A stretch of DNA of 64,000 nucleotides from the NCBI GenBank assembly GCA_902385635.1, contig CABMGN010000008.1:9956-73955 (forward strand), written 5' to 3'. Below, piece after piece: positions 57,910 through 64,000 of the stretch. Source of the stretch: an uncultured archaeon. GTDB lineage: Archaea > Nanobdellota > Nanobdellia > Pacearchaeales > GW2011-AR1. How positions within the stretch are numbered: position 1 is the first letter of the stretch; each line of letters begins with the position of its first letter. The notes under the pieces are model-generated. The model was not told the DNA's origin. It saw only the letters and a program-made list of their open reading frames with translations, and did no database searches. The translations under genes and the position numbers were made by a program.

Positions 57910-58212
57910 ATGATATGTATAAAGATTATAAATTCTTATAGAACTGTAGTTGCAATCGCAGATTCTGAGTTGATTGGAAAGAAGTTTGAAGAGGGAAGGT
58001 TTCAGTTAGATGTTAAAGAAAACTTTTACAAGGGAGAAAAAGAATATTCTGAGGAAGACGCGCTAAATCTTATTAGAGATATGAAAAAAGAAGATGCAAC
58101 ATTCAATATTGTTGGGGAAAAAGCAGTCAATCTTGCGATCAAAGCCGGAATAATAGAAACAGAAAGCTTCGGAAAGATTCAGGGGGTTCCATTTACCCTA
58201 GTTCTGCTCTAA
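57910..58212 (+). CDS. DUF424-family protein
   Basis: VAIADSELIGKKF, FYKGE, NIVGEKAV, IQGVP. Confidence 0.8.
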   Translation: MICIKIINSYRTVVAIADSELIGKKFEEGRFQLDVKENFYKGEKEYSEEDALNLIRDMKKEDATFNIVGEKAVNLAIKAGIIETESFGKIQGVPFTLVLL

Positions 58213-58674
58213 AGTTTTAGAAACGAGTTCAATTGCGTGAAGAGCATTTTTCCAAACACTGTCTAAAAATTCTTCTTGGTGATTCAAGATATAATGTCTA
58301 TTAAACCACCTCAGTTTTTCATCTTCATCTGTAGCAAGTTTGTTGTAATATCTAGTACACTTACCAACAAAAACATGGTTAATATGAAATCCGTGATGCG
58401 GAACTTTTTCTATTTGAACTCTCAGAGGACTTAGCACCTTTACTTGTCCGTCATTTTCAATCTTAGAACCAGGTACAAAGTCAAAATCAAAGCCGGTTTC
58501 TTCAATTACTTCACGAATAACGGACTCTTCAGGAGTTTCACCAGGATTCATATGCCCCCCAACAGGGATCCACTTTTGCAAAACCTTATTCCAAGTTAAA
58601 AGAACTTCTAATTGATCATTAACAAGAAAGACTGTCGCAACCCAACAACCATTCTTCCAGTTTATATCAGACAT
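58198..58674 (-). CDS. NUDIX hydrolase
   Basis: GGHMNPGETPEESVIREVIEETG Nudix box. Confidence 0.92.
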   Translation of the reverse strand: MSDINWKNGCWVATVFLVNDQLEVLLTWNKVLQKWIPVGGHMNPGETPEESVIREVIEETGFDFDFVPGSKIENDGQVKVLSPLRVQIEKVPHHGFHINHVFVGKCTRYYNKLATDEDEKLRWFNRHYILNHQEEFLDSVWKNALHAIELVSKTLEQN

Positions 58675-58748
58675 AAAAAGACTAAAAAGAGGAGCTTAAA
58701 AAGAATTTGTATAGTAAAGTTAATAAACCCGTTCTGTGCAAGAGTTTA

Positions 58749-58973
58749 ATGAGAAAAACAGCAATAATTATTGTGACTATTGCACTCTTAATAACTCTAG
58801 TTTTAGGAGTCTTCGCAATAACCGAGCTAGACAAAAACGAAACGAAAAGTTCAGGTCTTAGTGTTGGTCTGAAAGAAACAGCCTACTCTGGAACAGGGTA
58901 CTCTTATAGTGGTTCTGCCTATGAACATGCAACAGTTGTTAATTCTTACAGAAGCGGAAGTTGCAGTAAGTAA
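58749..58973 (+). CDS. Small secreted/membrane-anchored protein
   Basis: Signal-like N-terminus from ATG58749, Ser/Gly/Tyr-rich tail. Confidence 0.55.
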   Translation: MRKTAIIIVTIALLITLVLGVFAITELDKNETKSSGLSVGLKETAYSGTGYSYSGSAYEHATVVNSYRSGSCSK

Positions 58974-59786
58974 TTAGAGCAAAGCGAAACCAACCCCAAG
59001 CATAATGCCAATCCAAGTTGTAAAACCTAAGAAAGTCATTAAACAACCATTCCCAAAAATGCCCGGTCTTTCTGAATTCCTACATCTATTTTCAAGGTCA
59101 GAAGAATTTCCGGATTTTAAAGGGGGTTTAAATTCTGGATGTTCATAATCATAAGCAAGTAGTCTTCTTGAGTCTGAAATTCTTCCCATTCTGTGGTGAT
59201 ATCTTTTTTGTACTTCTTCGTGGGATTCTTCATTAGAAGAAAACCCGGGATCATACTGTTTTAAAAGTTCTCTAGCCTCATTTGATTCACTAGCAATTAA
59301 CCCTTTTACGATACCAAAATCGGGGAGCTCAGTCATTCCAATTTTTTTCTTTAAAGCTCTTCTCATAAAATAACCTATGATAGGTTTCTCAGAATATTCT
59401 TCCCAAAGTTCATATCCCTTAGTTGCAGCAATTTCTGCAGCATAAGATACATCTTCAACAGTTCTATGAAGAGTCTTACAAAACTCCTCTTGTTTAACTG
59501 GATCCGGGAATCTAATTAAACTATCGAGGGTTGTATTTCTAGCTCTTTCTGGGTCTGAAAGTGTATCTCTGGCCTGGCTAAGAAGTTCAGAAACATACGG
59601 GTCCAACTCCGAAGCACAAGAAGCAAGATATTTCTTTTCAGGCTTAAAGAATCTCCCAGCATACCACGGAGTTTTTTCTTCAACAGCTCTGGAAACATAT
59701 CCTGAAAGAGAAAACCTGTCTAGATTCCCAAATATATCTTGGATAATTCCCTGATACACGTCATTTGCTTTTTGTTTTAGTACCAT
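58974..59786 (-). CDS. Hypothetical protein with C-terminal TM anchor
   Basis: 270 aa; hydrophobic tail. Confidence 0.7.
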   Translation of the reverse strand: MVLKQKANDVYQGIIQDIFGNLDRFSLSGYVSRAVEEKTPWYAGRFFKPEKKYLASCASELDPYVSELLSQARDTLSDPERARNTTLDSLIRFPDPVKQEEFCKTLHRTVEDVSYAAEIAATKGYELWEEYSEKPIIGYFMRRALKKKIGMTELPDFGIVKGLIASESNEARELLKQYDPGFSSNEESHEEVQKRYHHRMGRISDSRRLLAYDYEHPEFKPPLKSGNSSDLENRCRNSERPGIFGNGCLMTFLGFTTWIGIMLGVGFALL

Positions 59787-59792
59787 TTTATC

Positions 59793-59844
59793 TTTACCCT
59801 AAAGGTAAATAATATACTTTATAAACTTTACTGTTATGGTAAAG
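59793..59844. promoter_or_regulatory. Two operator-like inverted repeats TTTAC(C/T)-N5-GGTAAA flanking a TATA box
   Basis: 59793-59809 and 59827-59843; TTTATAAA at 59818-59825. Confidence 0.6.
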
Positions 59845-60426
59845 GTAATGAAAATTCAGAAAATTCCGAATGAAACACTAAACTTCATACTTCTTAAGAT
59901 CTCTACTGGAGCTAATTATGTCTCAAAAATAGCAGAAGAAACAGGCAAGTCAATCCCTGTGACATTTAGACAATTAGAAGACCTAGTAACCTTCAATGTC
60001 TTAAAAAAGCAGCGTAAAGGTAAGAGGGTTGAGTACTCAATAGAATGGAATGCTATAGCAAACGTCCTAAGCAATCTAGTTGAAAAAGAAAAAATTAGTT
60101 CAGATATCAAAAGTGTTAGAAAGGATTTAGAAAAAGTTTTCTCCATAAAAGCAGTACAGGAAGCATTTAAGCAACTCTATGAGGGCTTAGAAGAAGTAGG
60201 AAAAACAACTCAAAGTTATATGAAGCTTGAACTTGAAGAAACACTTTCAATGTTCTTGGAAAGTTTTGGTATGATGGACAACCCCCAACAAGAAAAACTT
60301 TTGAAAAGAGTTGCAGAATCAGAGAGAAAAGATGTAAAAGAATTCCTAAAAATAAGCAAAGCACATTTAGCATTTAAAGATAAAGTTGATCCTCGGAAGA
60401 AACTACTACAAAAGTTAGATAAATAG
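59836..60426 (+). CDS. ArsR-like winged-helix regulator
   Basis: YVSKIAEETGKSIPVTFRQLEDL...RKGKRVEY. Confidence 0.75.
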   Translation: MVKVMKIQKIPNETLNFILLKISTGANYVSKIAEETGKSIPVTFRQLEDLVTFNVLKKQRKGKRVEYSIEWNAIANVLSNLVEKEKISSDIKSVRKDLEKVFSIKAVQEAFKQLYEGLEEVGKTTQSYMKLELEETLSMFLESFGMMDNPQQEKLLKRVAESERKDVKEFLKISKAHLAFKDKVDPRKKLLQKLDK

Positions 60427-60466
60427 TTTCCCACAAATTTATAAACGAATTTTCTATTGAATTTAA

Positions 60467-60865
60467 ATGGTATACGACCCGTTTGAAGAGAATCCAGAAC
60501 CCGAAGTAGTAGAAACAGAGAAAGAGTCAGAAGACTCAGACGAATTCAGTGATGAAGAAGAGTCTGAAGGTTCTAACGGACCAATCAGGGTAAGACTTCC
60601 AAGAAAGAATGAAGTTATTGGGGTAATAGAACAAAGATTAGGTGGAAACAAAATGATGGTTAACTGCACAGATGGAAAGTCTAGAAATTGCAGAGTTCCA
60701 GGAAGATTGAAGAGAGCACTCTGGTTAAGACCAAACGATGTAGTAATAATTGAACCGTGGGAGTTAGATAACACCAGAGGAGACGTTCTCTTCAAATACA
60801 AACCAAATCAAGTTGCATGGTTAAGAAAAAACGGATACCTGAAATCAGAAAAATCAGAATTCTAA
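60467..60865 (+). CDS. eif1a: Translation initiation factor 1A with acidic N-terminus
   Basis: RVRLP, QRLGG, CRVPGRLK..LW, VIIEPW. Confidence 0.95.
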   Translation: MVYDPFEENPEPEVVETEKESEDSDEFSDEEESEGSNGPIRVRLPRKNEVIGVIEQRLGGNKMMVNCTDGKSRNCRVPGRLKRALWLRPNDVVIIEPWELDNTRGDVLFKYKPNQVAWLRKNGYLKSEKSEF

Positions 60866-60866
60866 G

Positions 60867-61355
60867 ATGAAACAAATATTCTCTGATAAAGCTCCAAGAA
60901 TAATAAAAGCTAAATGGGAACTAGAAAAAGTTCTCAATGTAAAAATTCAAGTTAAAGGAAAAGATATCGAAATCTCTGGAGAGCCTGTAAACGAATTTGT
61001 TGCTGAAAAAGTAATTGATGCCCTAAATCTAGGATTTGAAATGAAAACAGCAATTCTGCTAAAGGAAGAAGAATTTATTCTTGAAATAATCAACATAAAA
61101 GAACATACCAAAAGAAGAGATTTAGAAACAATAAGGGCAAGGATAATAGGTACAGAGAGAAAGACACTCGCAACGCTCGAACATTTAACGCACTGCTTCT
61201 TCCAAGTAAAAGATAATTTTGTTGGAGTACTTGGGCCCGCAGACTGGGTAGAAAATGCTCAGCAAGCAATAATCTCTTTGATCAAGGGTTCAAAACAAGC
61301 AAATGTTTATGCCTTTCTAGAGCATCACCAAATTCCTAAGATTGAGCATCTATGA
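60867..61355 (+). CDS. KH-domain ribosome biogenesis protein (Dim2/Pno1/Krr1 family)
   Basis: ARIIGTERKT, SLIKGSKQANVYAFLE; downstream of aIF-1A. Confidence 0.85.
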   Translation: MKQIFSDKAPRIIKAKWELEKVLNVKIQVKGKDIEISGEPVNEFVAEKVIDALNLGFEMKTAILLKEEEFILEIINIKEHTKRRDLETIRARIIGTERKTLATLEHLTHCFFQVKDNFVGVLGPADWVENAQQAIISLIKGSKQANVYAFLEHHQIPKIEHL

Positions 61356-61396
61356 ATAAAAGAACCAACAGAAAAGAAGGTCTCTAAAAAGAAAAG

Positions 61397-61469
61397 CGTC
61401 CCGGGCAGGACTTGAACCTACGACATCATGGTTAACAGCCATGCGCTCTACCGACTGAGCTACCGGGAC
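61397..61469 (-). tRNA. tRNA-Asn(GTT)
   Basis: GTCCCGG...CATGG-CTGTTAA-CCATG...GTTCAAG...CCGGGACG. Confidence 0.95.
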
Positions 61470-61558
61470 AGTAGAATATTCAAAACAGAAATTTTTCTTA
61501 TTTAAAGGTTGTTATTCTCCCCAATAAGATTTATTAATTGTCTTTTCCTAGGAAAGTT

Positions 61559-62128
61559 ATGGAATTACAAGATGCGATAAATGAAAGAAAAAGTGTACAC
61601 AGATTCTCAGATAAGAAACCAGATTGGAGAGACATACTTGAGGTTATTGACACTGCAAGACATGCCCCAATGGCTGGAAATGATTTCATACTAAAATTCG
61701 TTACTGTCTTTGATCCAAAAGTGATTGAAAAAATCGCAGATGCTTGTCAACAACCATTTGTTGGAGAAGCCCAATATCTAATTGTTGTTTGTTCGGACAC
61801 AAAAAGAGCAACAAATCAATTTGGAGAAAAAGCAGACATGTTTGTAAGACAGCAAGCAGGGGCTGCAATACAAAATATGCTTCTTTCAATAACCGAAAAA
61901 GGTTTAGCAACATGCTGGGTAGGGTATTTTGTTGAAGAACAAGTAAAAAGAGAAATCAAAGTAATCCCACCAACAGTTCAAATAGAAGCAATCCTACCAA
62001 TAGGGTACGAATCAAAAGCGCAAGAACATAAAAAAGTAAAGAAAAAGAAGATTGATCTAGAAAACGTTCTATTCTTTAATAAGTGGGGAGAGCAAAAAAT
62101 GCGTCCTCCAAAGAAAGTTTTAACTTAA
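61559..62128 (+). CDS. Nitroreductase family protein
   Basis: RKSVHRF, APMAGN, AAIQNMLL...GLATCWVG, PIGY. Confidence 0.92.
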   Translation: MELQDAINERKSVHRFSDKKPDWRDILEVIDTARHAPMAGNDFILKFVTVFDPKVIEKIADACQQPFVGEAQYLIVVCSDTKRATNQFGEKADMFVRQQAGAAIQNMLLSITEKGLATCWVGYFVEEQVKREIKVIPPTVQIEAILPIGYESKAQEHKKVKKKKIDLENVLFFNKWGEQKMRPPKKVLT

Positions 62129-62147
62129 AAAAAATTAAAAAATTTTT

Positions 62148-62456
62148 TTAGTAAGAGTAAAGTTTCAAACCTTTTCCAATCTTAGCTGATAAGTTATAGA
62201 AAAGTGCGAAAAGAAGACCTGAAATGAATCCCACTATTCCCATAATAAAGGGCATGAGAATAAGGAAGAGGTAAATCATGTTCAGATTAACAAATTCTGT
62301 GTAGTTTGATAGAAAAGAACCCGAAATGAGAAAAACTATGAAAAGAATTATAGCCATAACCAAACCAGAGAAAAAATTGATTAAACCCCACATAACACCA
62401 GAACTACCTACACCAATCTTATGAACAATAGCTATTTCCTGAGTTGAATTATCCAC
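62148..62456 (-). CDS. Small membrane protein (DUF3566-like)
   Basis: Two TMs, LYNL.AK.G-type tail; SD AGGTGA before GTG. Confidence 0.6.
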   Translation of the reverse strand: MDNSTQEIAIVHKIGVGSSGVMWGLINFFSGLVMAIILFIVFLISGSFLSNYTEFVNLNMIYLFLILMPFIMGIVGFISGLLFALFYNLSAKIGKGLKLYSY

Positions 62457-62520
62457 TTTATCACCTATATTTTCTAATATATATAATGAAAAAGGGGTTT
62501 AAAAATCTTTCAAAAAAATA

Positions 62521-62548
62521 TAAAAGAAGACCGCCCGAAGGCGGCTTC
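62521..62548 (-). terminator. GC hairpin with cUUCGg loop plus T tract after ftsZ
   Basis: On -: GAAGCCGCC-TTCG-GGCGGTCTTC-TTTTA. Confidence 0.7.
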
Positions 62549-62587
62549 ATGAAAATAAAAATAAAATTCAGTTAAGACATGTGAAGT

Positions 62588-63679
62588 TTATCTCCAAACT
62601 TCAATTCCTAGGTCTGACATTGATTTCTGAGGTCCATTTTTACCATGGAAGTTGTCATCATCGTAGTTCTTACCTAGAACGTAAGGAGACTTAACACCAG
62701 TCATAATAGTGATAACTCTTACCTTACCAACAAAGTCTTTGCTAATTCTGGCTCCAATAATAACCTGTGCTTCGTTACTTAAATTGTCTGAAACAGTTCT
62801 ACCAATTATGTCGAACTCTTCAAGCTTTAAGTCAGGACCACAAGTGATATGAATTAAAGCACCAGTAGCTCCCTGATAATCCACGTCAAGTAGAGGATGT
62901 GTCAAGGCCTGCTTAACTGCTTCCATAACTCTATCAGTTGCATCTGATTCACCAATACCAATAACTGCAACTCCACCGTTCTTCATTATAGCTGAAACAT
63001 CAGCATAATCAAGGTTGATCAATGAAGGTAAAGTAATTGTTTCAACAATACCCTTAATCATAGTAGAGACAAGTTCATTAGCAACAGCGAAAGCCTGTTC
63101 GATTGGCAATTGTCCAGCAATGTCTACAAGTCTATTGTTATCAAGAACAATACAAGTATCTGTTACTTCTCTTAATTCTTGAAGTCCAAATTCAGCCTTG
63201 TCAATTCTAGCCTTCTCAGCTTCGAATGGCATAGTAACTACACCAATAACTACTGCGCCAGATTCTTTAGCAATCTGAGCAACAACAGGTGCAGAACCAG
63301 TTCCAGTTCCTCCACCAAGACCTGCAAGAACGAATACCATGTCAGCTCCACCAACAGCCTTTTTCAAGTCAACCAAAGCCTCTTTAGCAGCTTCTCTACC
63401 TACTTGAGGTCTTCCACCTGCTCCAAGTCCTCTTGTTAATTCCTTACCAATAAGAATCTTGTCGTCAGCCTTAGTTACGCTAAGATGAAGAGCATCAGTA
63501 TTACATGCGTAAACACCAGCACCAGAAATTCCTTTGTTGTATAACCATGTTGTCATGTTACAACCACAACCACCACACCCCATAACCTTAATGTTAGCCT
63601 TACCAGCCTTCAATTCATCAAAGTTAATACTGTGAGAAGCTGTGTTCTGGATTGCCTCTTTTGCAAAATCTAATACCAT
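62588..63679 (-). CDS. ftsZ: Cell division protein FtsZ
   Basis: GLGAGG, GGGTGTG, T7 loop INLDYAD; SD GGAGGA. Confidence 0.97.
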   Translation of the reverse strand: MVLDFAKEAIQNTASHSINFDELKAGKANIKVMGCGGCGCNMTTWLYNKGISGAGVYACNTDALHLSVTKADDKILIGKELTRGLGAGGRPQVGREAAKEALVDLKKAVGGADMVFVLAGLGGGTGTGSAPVVAQIAKESGAVVIGVVTMPFEAEKARIDKAEFGLQELREVTDTCIVLDNNRLVDIAGQLPIEQAFAVANELVSTMIKGIVETITLPSLINLDYADVSAIMKNGGVAVIGIGESDATDRVMEAVKQALTHPLLDVDYQGATGALIHITCGPDLKLEEFDIIGRTVSDNLSNEAQVIIGARISKDFVGKVRVITIMTGVKSPYVLGKNYDDDNFHGKNGPQKSMSDLGIEVWR

Positions 63680-64000
63680 TTTTTGTTTTCTTTTTCCTCC
63701 TTTGCAACTCTGTCCGTCGGAGAATTTTCACTTTGCGGAAAACCTTCCAGACTTAATCCCGATAAAGAAAACTAATTTAAATATTCTTCTGTACAAAAGA
63801 GGATATAATTTTAAGGTAGAAGATTACCTTGGACGAGAGAATTATTGCAGGAGTCTTCCTTTTTTAGGTTAGATATTGTAGCAGGCAAAGGATCTGCAAT
63901 TATTTTTATTTTTTGCATGCATAGATTTGAAGAAAGAATTAAAAGGCCAATTTTCAATCTTTCCGAATGAGTAATTGTGAAATCTATATATTCTTCAAAT

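Noticed and set aside
371-63872. Many 60-150 aa ORFs antisense to or nested in long genes (e.g. 1371-1688, 9199-9600, 31120-31512, 54772-55215, 60463-60801)
   Set aside because: Shadow frames of well-supported genes, with Ser/Phe/Leu-rich composition expected from the reverse complement of A-rich coding sequence
1-64000. Alternative genetic code (TGA reassigned)
   Set aside because: Conserved genes are full length under code 11 and TGA ends several genes at expected positions (13701, 43494, 53219, 57221)
1-64000. CRISPR array, IS element, provirus or intein
   Set aside because: No regularly spaced repeats, transposase/integrase motifs or tRNA-end duplications seen; PolB, MCM, TopA and CDC48 have no intein-sized insertions
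63780-64000. AT-rich non-coding stretch upstream of ftsZ as a replication origin
   Set aside because: No ORB-like repeats or cdc6/orc1 visible; truncated by window edge

Overview
AT-rich, gene-dense 64 kb segment of an archaeal chromosome. The gene set (PolB, FEN1, MCM, TBP, TFS, Rpo11, aRF1, aIF-1A, aIF-2beta, L15e, NAC, Sec61beta, CDC48, FtsZ, MinD, ScpB, RadB, NreA), near-absence of biosynthetic genes, short intergenic regions and mostly leaderless BRE/TATA promoters suggest a reduced DPANN genome, probably Pacearchaeota-like (inference). Four intronless tRNAs without encoded CCA are present: Lys-CTT, Gly-CCC, Ile-GAT and Asn-GTT. No rRNA, CRISPR array, transposase, integrase or intein was seen. 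Single orphan genes are interspersed among core genes. The most striking item is a bacterial-type sigma-70-like protein (regions 1.2/2/3.2/4; 2093-2839), coupled to a small Cys-rich ORF and preceded by an archaeal TATA promoter with an overlapping inverted repeat. Other items of note: a lipid head-group remodelling cluster (SMS-like PAP2, GT2, GT4, DedA), an exact 19-bp promoter duplication flanking an inserted gene, a doubled TATA box in front of tbp, several regulator/operator pairs, and four small ORFs missing from the ORF track. All product calls come from motif recognition, not database searches.
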